A stretch of 64,000 nt of DNA, from contig OY970393.1 in NCBI GenBank assembly GCA_963720465.1, positions 544,001 through 608,000 of the forward strand, given 5' to 3'. The notes under the pieces were generated by a model that was given only the letters and a program-made list of their open reading frames with translations, had not been told where the DNA came from and did not search any database. Below are positions 20,747-30,675 of this stretch, one piece after another (positions within the stretch are counted from its first letter, which is position 1; every line of letters begins with the position of its first letter). Origin of the DNA: Methanobacteriota archaeon. Its GTDB lineage: Archaea > Halobacteriota > Bog-38 > Methanoflorentales > Methanoflorentaceae. The position numbers and the translations under genes are program-made.

Positions 20747-21203
20747 GTTTTCACCTCCTTCTGTGCTGAAACTACGACAAATCCTCCCTCACCGTAGCCA
20801 TCTTCTAAAGGCTCAATAGCAGTCATCTCTTTTGTGAGTTTGAAAATGGTCTGACACGTTTTGACTGCCCCAAATCCCGATTGCATTAGCCAATCTATCC
20901 CCTGCGTAACAGAGTAGAAGTGGGCGTATCGATAAAACGTCTCTTACTCCTCTTTTTCGCGATGGGATTTCCCGAGAGGACTGTCCTTGTCAATCATACC
21001 GATTACTAGATGCCCTGTGGTTTAAGAACTCTCTTTGTTTCCTGTCGTGCCTGCTGAAGATCACTGAAAAAGCATAGCGCTGTGACCACCAACACAGAAT
21101 CGAATGACTCATCTTCAAATGGGAGGACGCAGCGAATAATCGGGTATACGATGCCAGCGCTGGTTTTTAGTTTGGTAACCTTCGACTTTCCAACGCGTTG
21201 CAC
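20743..21203 (-). pseudogene. 3' half of a paralogue of the 7.3-8.0 kb methyltransferase, fused to a foreign N-terminal fragment (MQRVGKSKVTKLKTSAGIVYPIIR)
   Basis: LPFEDESFD...ETKRVLKP, GMIDKDSPLGKS and GEGGFVVVSAQKEVKT* are collinear with 7360..7745. Several indels. Confidence 0.8.
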
Positions 21204-21308
21204 GATAACGTCTGCTTGTTGGCTTGATCAGTCTGTATGGTGCCTGAAAGAACGGCTACAAAGTGGTTGCGCTCGATCTACGTGGTTTTGGAAAATCAGG
21301 GTTTTTCA

Positions 21309-21360
21309 TGCTTTCTCAATTTCCTGCTTTCTCAATTTCGTGCTTTCGTGATTACGCTTT
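21309..21360. repeat. Tandem 16-bp repeats TGCTTTCTCAATTTC(C/G) x2 plus a degenerate third copy
   Basis: Read directly from the sequence. Underlying 8-bp TTTC periodicity. Confidence 0.75.
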
Positions 21361-21461
21361 TGAATTTTAATATAGAATGTTAAGATCATCGAGAACAGAA
21401 AACCTTTTCATTTCTGACCGTCAGAGCCGGTGGATTAGTTATGTTTTAACGTGAATGCCGT

Positions 21462-22184
21462 TTACGAGCCACAGGTGCAGAACCTTTCCCACCCCACGAG
21501 ATACGCCGCACCTGCTATGGTAGTCCCATAGAAGATAATAGGTTTATCCCTAAGAAAATCTCCTATAGTGCCGTTTAGAAGCGTTGTCCCGGTTACTAGG
21601 AATATATCGGCCCAGTTCATGGCTATCCCAGTAGCTTCAGGACCTTCAATGCGAGCGTTTTTAATCTTTTTTCCGATATTGTTTAGGTCCAGTCAATGAC
21701 CCGGAGCTGAAAATCTGGTGAAAGAGATTCCACCATGCGAGGCTGGGATCCTATCTGCGGGATCTTTTTCATTCCGTGACGGCTTTTGATAGATCTATTA
21801 AGCTCTTCCCGCATCGCGACGGATCTTGGTCTTTGCAGTGAATTGTCCTCCCAATCAGGCCCATGTGCCGCAATACCGCATTAAGAGTGGCCACAAAAAT
21901 CGCGCGCCTGTACTTATTTTTGAGGTCCAGATCGAGTATTTTGTCAAGGGAGCTTTCAAAGTCTCCATATTGATCAGTAAATGCCTGGCCAAGGCCGCCC
22001 ATAAATTCGGTCTGCTTGAGTCTCTCTTTTTCCTTCTGCAGGGGGAAATCCCGTGCTTCCGGGTTGCCTATGGCCTCTTCAAGGGTGAGAGGGCGCGCCG
22101 GATTATAACCTTTTGATCCAGAAGTCCATGTTCATCCCACAATCTGCGCGCGCGTTCCTTCAAAGTCTCAAATATGTTTTCCAT
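21462..22184 (-). pseudogene. DUF364-related Rossmann-like putative metal-chelation protein, multiply frameshifted
   Basis: EEAIGNP...DFPL...GQAFTD...RRAIFVATLNAVLR...THC; the C-terminal frame has VTGTTLLNGT...FYGTTIAGAA. Confidence 0.75.
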
Positions 22185-22239
22185 AAATGTTCATTTTTCC
22201 TTTGGAGGTTTTGCTCTCCTTTATTTTCAAAAAATGGCT

Positions 22240-23067
22240 TTACAACAGCTTATGCCTGCTTCCAGAGGAATTTAAAAAGAATATGTCCTTAAACTTCTCT
22301 GCCAGACGAATAGAAGCATCGAATCCTGTGCAATGCGAGACGCCGAGTTTTTGGATCCCTGTCTTTTTGAGGTCAGCAATAGTTTTGTCCAGTCTTTCCT
22401 GCGAGGCGCTTATCAGATGAGTCCCGCCCACGACAGAATATACCCGCTCTTCTTCTGTAGTCTCCTGGAAATGATTTATTATATTGATCATCCCGCGATG
22501 AGCGCAGCCCAAGAATATGGAAAGACCCTTGTCGGTCTTTATTGCTAGGGAAAGATCATCGGTAAAATTGTCGCGTATGAGGCTGTTATTGTCTATTTTG
22601 TATAATGACTGATCGGTCTCTTCATAGCCCGTTATAAAGGGGACCTCTCCGGAGGTAACGATATTATCGGAAATCCATATCGGGTTCCGGGATAAAGTGA
22701 ATCGCGCACCCAGACCCTCCAGTTGTTCTTTCCGAAAGGGTATCCCGGTGTAGTGATAATTATTTTCTCTGAAGGAGTATTTTTTGCCCCAGATGTCAGG
22801 GTGGGCGATTACATCAACAGTCCCTTTTCTTGTGAGGACATCTTTCAATCCTCCTGTGTGATCAAAGTGTCCGTGACTGAGGACTATCGTGTCGATTGTC
22901 TTAAAGTCAATGCCGAGAGGTTGCGCGTTGTAGATGGCGGAAAAACCCGGACCGGTATCGAAGAGGATGTGTTTATTATCCGCCTCGATGAATATGCTTA
23001 GGCCCCACTCGCCAATAAAGCCACGAGTTGCAGTATTCTCGGTTAATGTTGTTAAATTTATATCCAT
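22240..23067 (-). CDS. MBL-fold metallo-hydrolase (COG1237-like)
   Basis: EWGLS, FDTG, SHGHFDHTGG, GCAHRG, GGTHL, SHCTG. Confidence 0.9.
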   Translation of the reverse strand: MDINLTTLTENTATRGFIGEWGLSIFIEADNKHILFDTGPGFSAIYNAQPLGIDFKTIDTIVLSHGHFDHTGGLKDVLTRKGTVDVIAHPDIWGKKYSFRENNYHYTGIPFRKEQLEGLGARFTLSRNPIWISDNIVTSGEVPFITGYEETDQSLYKIDNNSLIRDNFTDDLSLAIKTDKGLSIFLGCAHRGMINIINHFQETTEEERVYSVVGGTHLISASQERLDKTIADLKKTGIQKLGVSHCTGFDASIRLAEKFKDIFFLNSSGSRHKLL

Positions 23068-23193
23068 TGCGCCCCTCACGTTAACAGGCTCGCTTACCGC
23101 CAAGGCTTATAACGAAATAGCGGTTAGTTGTAGAGCCGGCTAACCGGCCGTTCTCAGGTTTCTCTTCAAAGAGTCTTATTTTGGGCACTCACA

Positions 23194-23916
23194 TCATCTC
23201 ATCATAGTGAAGAGTCTTATGCCACTTATCTGTCTGAAGTTGGCCCCCTGACTAACACTGCGGAGGGCTCGCTCACTGTCAATAACCATTGTCCCTGAGA
23301 TAGCATCTACGCCATATTCAAACAGGACGGGCGATATGGGCGTTGTATCGCCCAATACAACCACATAGGCTTTAGGGTTGCAAACAGAAAGCAGGTGATC
23401 CATTGTATGGTTGGTCAAGGCAGACCCTGTGACACCCACGACATCGGCCTCAGGCAGAAAAACGTCGGCTTGTTCTTCCGTAAGGTCGCCATCACGGGGA
23501 TTTTTTTCAATTACGTTTAGTTCCCTTGAGATGCCCCTCAGCCCACTTACGAATGGGAAGTGGCCTACGATAACAACCTTCTTATCTTTGCCCTTTTCGG
23601 CTAAGAGGTCTCCTGCATTAAGCTCAACACATTGTTCCCCATCGACCTCAATTAGCGAATTGATCGATGCCATGCCTATAGCGGCTTCGAGGATACTGCC
23701 GGAAAACGACATCTGTACAAGTTCTGAGGCGCTTTTTTCCAAAAGATGGCCAGACTCCTTTATCAATGGAGGGGTCTGTTCAAGGGCGTCTTTCGGAAGC
23801 GTAGCTGCAAGGCCGCACCTGCGTGTAAGGACTCCTGTATGGAATATCCCCTGACGTATATCCCTTACTTGAGCGTCTAGATCCAAAGTTGCGATAATAT
23901 CGGTTAATATATCCTT
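23194..23916 (-). CDS. DUF364/DUF4213 Rossmann-like protein; start codon appears mutated (ATG to AAG)
   Basis: IGMASINS, IVGHFPF, TGSALTNHT, GDTTP. AGGAG lies 5 nt before AAG at 23916. Confidence 0.8.
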   Translation of the reverse strand, partial: KDILTDIIATLDLDAQVRDIRQGIFHTGVLTRRCGLAATLPKDALEQTPPLIKESGHLLEKSASELVQMSFSGSILEAAIGMASINSLIEVDGEQCVELNAGDLLAEKGKDKKVVIVGHFPFVSGLRGISRELNVIEKNPRDGDLTEEQADVFLPEADVVGVTGSALTNHTMDHLLSVCNPKAYVVVLGDTTPISPVLFEYGVDAISGTMVIDSERALRSVSQGANFRQISGIRLFTMMR

Positions 23917-24183
23917 ATGTTCTCCTAATCCAACAAGCCAGATACAAACAATCTTCAGTTTCTCGCTTATAATACAAGCAGTTTTTTCACGCAATTAGTT
24001 GCAAAATTAAATCACAATTATCCATGCACGGCGCTGACCGGTCAGGTGCCGTGTTAGCTGGGGCAATTATCTCGATCTGTTAATACCTGCAGTTTCAGGC
24101 GATAACATCGTATGCAAGTCTCCAGCCACGTGTTTCGGCGCGCCTGTTGCAGAAACAAACTCGACAGCGCTAGCTTCTTTAAG

Positions 24184-24348
24184 TTAGCGAAACTGTGCTG
24201 ACGCAAGCTTATCAAGCAGACTACGGACAACAGTTATTACAGCTGACTCGGAAGCACCCCAAATATAGATGCCAACGTTCCAAATCACCATGATTAGCAG
24301 GATAACGAGAAAAATTGCGCTGAGCGCCTTAATCGCGCTGTTGCTCAT
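24184..24348 (-). CDS. Small single-TM membrane protein
   Basis: MSNSAIKALSAIFLVILLIMVIWNVGIYIWG hydrophobic segment. Confidence 0.45.
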   Translation of the reverse strand: MSNSAIKALSAIFLVILLIMVIWNVGIYIWGASESAVITVVRSLLDKLASAQFR

Positions 24349-24668
24349 CACCGTGCAAGTAATAGGCATACGTTGGATTTTATGGGACCTCTTATCGTAA
24401 TCCTTTGTGACGGACAGTGCAAGAATAGCCAATCTTATTGCAAAGTTTACGCCTAAACGCTATAAAACACAGGAGGCCACGAAGAAGTGAGATGCATTGC
24501 TTTATTGCGTAGAATGAATGTAAGCGGTAGAAAAAGCTGGAAAATGGCGGACCTAAAAAAGCTTTTAGATCGCTGCATTTTAAAACACGCAAACGTGCGT
24601 TCACGAGCTTTTTAAAGATAAAACTTTAAGTATGTTGCTTATAAAAAAATGAAAATTGGTGATAAAAA

Positions 24669-24953
24669 ATGTTATTTGTAGCCGAGCACACGCATCCTGC
24701 CTCAGAATGTCCCATGACCACCCCAGGTGGAAAAGATATGATAAAAGAACTTTTTTCAGAGAAACGTATAGGCAGTGCGGGCATTCAACTTGTCGGGGCA
24801 TACATGAGCTGTCCAGTAGATGAAGGCTCGTATCATAGAGGATATTTCATAATAGAAGCTCCCGATGAAAACACCATTAAAAATTTCTTCGGACCAATGA
24901 AAGTTGAAGTAAGAGAAGTTAAACCCTTCAGTGAAATTGCCAAAACATTATAA
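24669..24953 (+). CDS. Small ferredoxin-like-fold protein with HxHxxxxCP motif (DUF3303-like)
   Basis: MLFVAEHTHPASECP...HRGYFIIEAPD. GGTGA RBS and upstream TATA. Confidence 0.75.
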   Translation: MLFVAEHTHPASECPMTTPGGKDMIKELFSEKRIGSAGIQLVGAYMSCPVDEGSYHRGYFIIEAPDENTIKNFFGPMKVEVREVKPFSEIAKTL

Positions 24954-25128
24954 ACGACTGAATGTGGAGTTATCTCGCATAGACTGGCCTAGAATATACC
25001 GCAAGCAAGTCTTTGTCACTAAGCGATCGGCTCAGCTTCAGTAACTTCAACTTCATATCTCGCAGACATGCCTCGCACGGATCTGGCCCCACCTCTGATT
25101 TAACACGCCCGTTGATCCACATGGCGAG

Positions 25129-25620
25129 TCAGCCGCGATAGCCACGTTGTCCCCGCCGTCTGGCTGTTTCCTCGTCCACCTCATCCTGCCAACCATTGCG
25201 GTGGGTTTCCACCCGGTCGAACTTCGCCGTGTAGGGTTTGATATCGAGAAGCGGCGTGCCGTCAAGGATATCCACGCCATCGAGGTAGAGGATATTCCCT
25301 TCGCGGCTAACCAGTTCCACGATGCTCAGACCGATGGCGTTGGGGCGGCTGGGCGCCCGCGTGGCAAAAACGCCATGTTCTTTGTCTTGGAGAAAAGGCT
25401 TCACTGTGAGTTTTACAGATTTAGACCGATGGAGATGGTAGATCAGATAAATATGCGAGAAGCCTTCAAGGTCGCGCAGGCCCTCTTCATATTCGGGAAA
25501 TATCTCTGCCCGCCCACGGCAGCCCTTCGCATAGGCCGGTTGGATGGGTGTTTCCTCGGCAATGGCGTGCCCGCTATGGATGACGCCGATGGGTTTGTAT
25601 GTAATGCGGCTTTCTCTCAT
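25129..25620 (-). CDS. tsaA: TsaA/TrmO-family SAM-binding methyltransferase
   Basis: PIGVI, GVFATRAPSRPNAIGLS, DILDGTPLLDIKPY. Confidence 0.9.
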   Translation of the reverse strand: MRESRITYKPIGVIHSGHAIAEETPIQPAYAKGCRGRAEIFPEYEEGLRDLEGFSHIYLIYHLHRSKSVKLTVKPFLQDKEHGVFATRAPSRPNAIGLSIVELVSREGNILYLDGVDILDGTPLLDIKPYTAKFDRVETHRNGWQDEVDEETARRRGQRGYRG

Positions 25621-26564
25621 TTCACAACCCTGTAGAAAATACTGCCCCGTTTGGTGACATTCTCTACCTTGCCTAACCGACAGAGTGTATTCAATTCCTT
25701 CATAACCGTCATGGGTGAAAGGGCAAGTCCGGCGGAAACATCCTGCAGGGTGCAGGGCCGCCTTTTCAGCAAGGCCATGATGTCGGCCTCTGCGCTTACG
25801 GTCTCTCCAGCCGGAGACGGCCCTGACGGATATTCAACAATGATCTCCACATTTCCCGTAAAATAGTTTTGGAAATCTTTGAGTTGTTCCACCGAGACGG
25901 CTTCGGCAAAGTCCTCCGCGGGAGGGCGGTATACGGTGTTCAACTGAACACGCTCCGGGCGCAATTTCCCGACGAGAACAGCAAATTTCTCAACCTCGGC
26001 GGGGATGGCCGTCACACCGGCAAGAAGAAACACCTCCAGCCATACGCTCCCTGGAAATGCTCCGATGAAATTGTCGATGCCGCTAATCATCTTGGCGAAA
26101 GCGATGTCTTCTTGCGGACGATTCACATAACGAAACATGGCCCCATCGGCCGCATCCAGGGAGGGTAGAACAAGATCGGCGCCGATAAGGGCGTCGCGGA
26201 CCTCCTCCCGCCACAGAAGGGCGCCGTTGGTGATAACGGCGACAGGAATCTTTGTCATGCCCTTGATTTTCTCGATCAGATCACTGATCCGTAGATTCAG
26301 CGTCGGCTCTCCCGAACCGGCCAGACTGATGTAGTCGGGTTCAGGATCAACACCCAATTTCACATCCAACTCGGCCAGAATATCCTCGATTTTTATATAC
26401 TCTTTTCGCTCGATGGTCTTGTTCGTTGTGCGTCCGAGTTGACAATAAACGCAGTCATAGGTGCAGGTCTTGTAGGGTACCAGGTCGATGCCGAGGGAAC
26501 GTCCGAGCCGCCGCGAAGGTACGGGACCGTAAACATATCGGCACTTGAATGCTTCTTCTTTCAT
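25617..26564 (-). CDS. Radical SAM Fe-S oxidoreductase (COG0731-like) with C-terminal HTH
   Basis: YGPVPSRRLGRSLGIDL, CTYDCVYCQLG, GSGEPTL, RRPCT. Overlaps tsaA by 4 nt. Confidence 0.9.
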   Translation of the reverse strand: MKEEAFKCRYVYGPVPSRRLGRSLGIDLVPYKTCTYDCVYCQLGRTTNKTIERKEYIKIEDILAELDVKLGVDPEPDYISLAGSGEPTLNLRISDLIEKIKGMTKIPVAVITNGALLWREEVRDALIGADLVLPSLDAADGAMFRYVNRPQEDIAFAKMISGIDNFIGAFPGSVWLEVFLLAGVTAIPAEVEKFAVLVGKLRPERVQLNTVYRPPAEDFAEAVSVEQLKDFQNYFTGNVEIIVEYPSGPSPAGETVSAEADIMALLKRRPCTLQDVSAGLALSPMTVMKELNTLCRLGKVENVTKRGSIFYRVVK

Positions 26565-26869
26565 CCGTTTTCGCCGTCCTTGATGGTTTTTAGATTATTC
26601 CAGATTTTTAGTGCAGAAGACATGCCGGCGTCCGGATATTCCATGTATCGTCAAACGCGCCTTATTATTTAATGTATTGCAGATGGAAGGCGCCGGCACG
26701 CGTTCTCGGCATATTCGGCCACTCCCTACGCATAAGCATCCCGGCGGCGAGTATGTGATAACAACGCAACCGTATGGTGCATCGTTTGAGGATTTATACG
26801 AGATTTGTGATTTTTGCCGCTATCATAAATTACGGGTAGATATTGATGGGTGCCACAGCTGGACCCTTC

Positions 26870-27185
26870 GAACAAACAACAACTATTTTGTCCACACATT
26901 TTGGTTGACCTCCGTTGTATTACTCTTCAAAACGCCTCTCGTAGAACTCTATCAAATCATCGAAGAGTTGTTCCTTCGTACAGTCGTGCTAAGCCCCGTC
27001 TCTACGACTTCTGTGCTCTTTTCGCTCACGGTGTGAACTCTCCCGTCCGGGCAGGAGTTTCCCTTTACCACGTCGATGCGAGCAACACTTTGTCCTCCAT
27101 CCGCAGCATGGGCATACTCGCGCCAGACGCTAGGGAGATATCCGTTGGCGGAATTGACATACAAAAGCACCCAATCGCTGCGATA
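26870..27185. pseudogene. Inverted, internally deleted paralogue of the ABC/padR/Cys-rich locus (about 2170-2930)
   Basis: Minus strand: MEDKVLLASTW...GRVHTVSEKS...GLSTTVRR plus ATGTGTGGACAAAATAGTTG. Plus strand: GILAPDAREISVGGIDIQKHPIAA. Confidence 0.85.
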
Positions 27186-28048
27186 TTGAGAGACGGATAG
27201 ACAATATAACGCTGTTCAATCGTGCGCTGTTCTTGCAGGCCTATCAAGACTCAACAAGCTGAAATAATAAAGAAAAATGTCAATTGCTGCTGACGTTTGC
27301 CGCACGGTTAGAGCCTGTTGGCTATGGATTTGTAGTACTTTCAAGAACGCAAGCCAACACCCACCTCAAGACGGCACCGACCTGCTGTTGCACAGAAAGT
27401 AAGCGTTAGTCAAACGTAGCAGTAAGGTTTTATCGCGGTTATCTTAGTGGTTATGTACGCCACCTTGAACGCCTCCGTCTATTTTCTGCAGATGACTGGC
27501 GTTGGATTTAAAGAACGTTGAGCACTGGCTGACGCACTGGCTGTGTCCCCAAATACACATCCTCGGGTCAGGTCATCTGAATCTTGATGAGAAAGGCCAC
27601 GTGATTCAGGTCGTACAGCCGAATCGCTGATTCCAGTACATACGCAGTAGCCTGAAGTGCGTCAGAACTTCCACGACAATGTGATTCTGGCAGAAAAAGG
27701 GATTGAACCACGCTGTGAAGGCGAGCTCTCCAAGCATCGTCTAACGAAATTTCGGCGTCGGCTGCCCGCAATCCTGCGCACGGAGTTCCATCCATAATAT
27801 CGCTTCAGGCGATGCGCACACGCGCACACGTTTATAGGGATCGGGAAAGGCTTGATTACTTGTACTTGTTATCGTTTTCGTCAAGGCGGTGCGACCGAGA
27901 AATGCCGCGCAAGCTTTCGTTGGCTGCTTTCTCCAGCTCGTTCTGGCTCTATTCACCGCAGGCACGCCCTGAGAAAACCCGTAGTGCTTTCAGTCATAAA
28001 CAGCTAATGACACGCACAAAAAGAGAGATGCGCAGGAAGCCCGGTGGC

Positions 28049-29272
28049 CTACTTTGCGCGGTATCGCTTGCCCAGCAGCACGAAGGCAGCAATTACGAAC
28101 CCTGCTACGGCATACAGTGTTTCAAATCCCGGAACTCCTGTTCCCGTGCTTTGGGTGCCAGAAGTCGTTGTGGCACTCTGATTCTGACCGCTTGGCTGCG
28201 CCGAAGCTGGTGCAGAAGTAACGGCGCTGGCAGGAACGACGGTCCCGTAGCTCGCAACTGGCTGTACCAATGGGTACTTGTCGCCGTAGGCTGACGGCGT
28301 GCTTCCGATTCCCGTGCCGTTGGAGGCGGTGCCGTTGTAGTCCGAGTAGTAATTGCCCATATACCCCGTCTGGGCTGTACCGTTGTAGGTGTACGCCATT
28401 GGTTGTGGGGAATCGAGCCTCACGGAAGAAGATGAGACAACTAGAGCGGACGGTTGGTCAATGAAGTTATTGAGGTATATCGAGTGGTTAGTCGCGTCGA
28501 TGAGACGTATGCCCATCTGAACGTTCGCGCGCAGCGTGTTGAAGGTAAATGTGTTGTTGTCCGACTCCCGAAATCTGACGCCGTACCAATCGTTTTGGCT
28601 GATATTGTTCCCTGTAATAATGTTGCTTGACGAATAAAACAGCGAAATGCCAAAAACGTGGTTCGCGCTCAGGTTGTTGTCACTGACCGTGTTTGAGCCG
28701 CTGTAGTACATGTAGATGCCGTCACTGTATGATGCGTTCCCACCGCCGCCTGTCTCACCAGTTGCCACGTTGTTCGCGATCGTGTTGGAGGTGGCATAGT
28801 CACAATAGACACCATACCCGTTGTTGGCTAGATTGTTATGGCTCACGTCGCTGTTCGTCGCGTTGGCAAGATATACCGCGAAGACGTTGCCGTGCGCGGT
28901 AATGTTAGTTATGACGCAGGAAGCAACACCGGCAACCTGTACACCAGATTCGCCGCCTATTATGGTCAGGCCGTCAATGTGCACACCTGGACTCGTTAGC
29001 AAGAACACATCTTTGCTCGAATCGGCTGCTTTTACTGTCGCGTTTCCTGTTATCGTCAGGGGTTTGTTCACCACGACGTTTTGCGTGTACGTGCCCGGTG
29101 CGATGAGCACCGTGTCGCCCGGTTTCGCAGCATCCACCGCTTGCTGAATGGTTTTAAACTGCCCTCCGGCACCGACAGTCAGATTTGCTGCGCTCACCGG
29201 GACCGTCACAGCAGCGCACAAAATCAGCGTGATCGCAGCGAACAAGAAAGTGTTAGAGACCAATTTGTGCAT
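28049..29272 (-). CDS. NosD-like parallel beta-helix surface protein with PGF-CTERM sorting signal
   Basis: Signal peptide, TIQQAVDAA.PGDTV.IAPGTY, Asn-ladder repeats, GNYYSDY, and VPGF followed by a TM segment and a basic tail. Confidence 0.9.
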   Translation of the reverse strand: MHKLVSNTFLFAAITLILCAAVTVPVSAANLTVGAGGQFKTIQQAVDAAKPGDTVLIAPGTYTQNVVVNKPLTITGNATVKAADSSKDVFLLTSPGVHIDGLTIIGGESGVQVAGVASCVITNITAHGNVFAVYLANATNSDVSHNNLANNGYGVYCDYATSNTIANNVATGETGGGGNASYSDGIYMYYSGSNTVSDNNLSANHVFGISLFYSSSNIITGNNISQNDWYGVRFRESDNNTFTFNTLRANVQMGIRLIDATNHSIYLNNFIDQPSALVVSSSSVRLDSPQPMAYTYNGTAQTGYMGNYYSDYNGTASNGTGIGSTPSAYGDKYPLVQPVASYGTVVPASAVTSAPASAQPSGQNQSATTTSGTQSTGTGVPGFETLYAVAGFVIAAFVLLGKRYRAK

Positions 29273-29639
29273 GTCTAGAGCTCACCAGGCCAAAAACTAA
29301 GCTTGAAGTCTTATGCTATCCACGCGACACTGGATATAAAGTTGACGTGTGAGTGGCCTGCTGATGATGCGTTGTTTTGCGGAATGGTCGGCTAAGCTAC
29401 GCATGCAACACGGAACAGCCATACTTCTTCGAGGGCCTGCTCAATCTGGCCTATATCAGTCTGGAGATAGATTGCAAAGGTACGTCTGCCAGACAGGCAA
29501 CTATCTCGTGGCAAGAACGTGCTGAAATTGAAAGAAAAAAGAAGAAGTTCTTATGAGGCCTCATGGATAATCCGTTTAAAACATTCCTCGATAGCTGCCC
29601 ATATGTCCCTGGCGCATGCGCCTCCGTTCCCGCGCACCT

Positions 29640-29969
29640 CTACGGCGCTGCGACACTGATCGAATCCACTGGAGTTTTCAAAATGGTGTAGCGCTTTCCT
29701 GCAAGTCCTGTAGTCAGGGCTCGCGCGATAGTTTCAGCAAGATCATCATCTACGACCGTATTAACCTGTATAGCCCTCTCGGTATGGTCCCGTATCGCCT
29801 CAATGGCCATTTCAGGCTCCTCTCTGATGACAAAACCTTTCCAATTCTGCGGTGAAACACCCCAGTACTCGAGACAATAAAACCCCGTCACGCCCTGTTC
29901 GGATAGGATGTTAACCGTCCTTCCTAGAGTCTCATAGTCTACAAAAACGTTCAGAAGCACCTTAGCCAT
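29640..29969 (-). CDS. Conserved methanogen protein (MJ1244-like, PII-like fold suspected)
   Basis: MAKVLLNVFVD..TLGRTVNILSEQGVTGFY..EY.GVSP..WKGF...EEPEMAI. Confidence 0.7.
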   Translation of the reverse strand: MAKVLLNVFVDYETLGRTVNILSEQGVTGFYCLEYWGVSPQNWKGFVIREEPEMAIEAIRDHTERAIQVNTVVDDDLAETIARALTTGLAGKRYTILKTPVDSISVAAP

Positions 29970-30018
29970 TCCCTCACTCTCCTCCCAATGTGCGGTCAAT
30001 ACCTTATACGTGCTTATG

Positions 30019-30342
30019 CTATATTTCTTCTGCTCGCCTAAGAAAGGCGTCGGTATCAAATTCATTATTACGACGGGGCACGTCTACGGCCGTCGAGGAA
30101 CGTGGCTTAAGCATGACACCTTTCCATTTTATCACGCCCTGTTTATCACTAACAGGCTTGAACCCTGCTTTTCTGCAGTGCTGATAAAAACTCTGTAAGC
30201 ACAGAGTTCGGCGCATACGTTTCAGATGCGTCCATTCGCAGTACGTTTGCCAGAGCTCCTTATGCAATGCTTCCGCATCAGTGTCTACGATGCAGTTATC
30301 GCGAAGGAAACGGACGACGTGTGGATTATCTTTTCTAACCAT
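30019..30342 (-). CDS. Stand-alone winged-helix domain resembling the C-terminus of P4/D5-type primase-helicases
   Basis: DNPHVVRFLRDNC...ELWQTYCEW...F...GF...WKGVMLK. Confidence 0.6.
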   Translation of the reverse strand: MVRKDNPHVVRFLRDNCIVDTDAEALHKELWQTYCEWTHLKRMRRTLCLQSFYQHCRKAGFKPVSDKQGVIKWKGVMLKPRSSTAVDVPRRNNEFDTDAFLRRAEEI

Positions 30343-30675
30343 GTATTCGAGTATTATTTGCTTGCGACCGTCACGACAGCTCCGAAACTTAAATCACTGT
30401 CATCCTCTTCGTTCTTGCGCAATTTGTTGATCCGCTCTGTGGCTTGCCTTCGCACAACGTTGTTGCGTGAGTTTGATCCAACAGCCCTATAAGAACAGAT
30501 CTCCCACCGAAGCGATATAAATCTTACCCCGAGAAAATGAGGCTGCGAACAAATCAGGTTAAGAAGACCTATCAACATGAAAAAATAATATATGAACAGA
30601 AGACGGTACAACAGAAAAGAGCGCCGGAATTGAAGTCACTCCCGTGAAAATTCAACGCCGGCCTAACGAGAACCA

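Noticed and set aside
27532-27553. GCACTGGCTG direct repeat
   Set aside because: Only two 10-bp copies in degraded DNA, consistent with local slippage.
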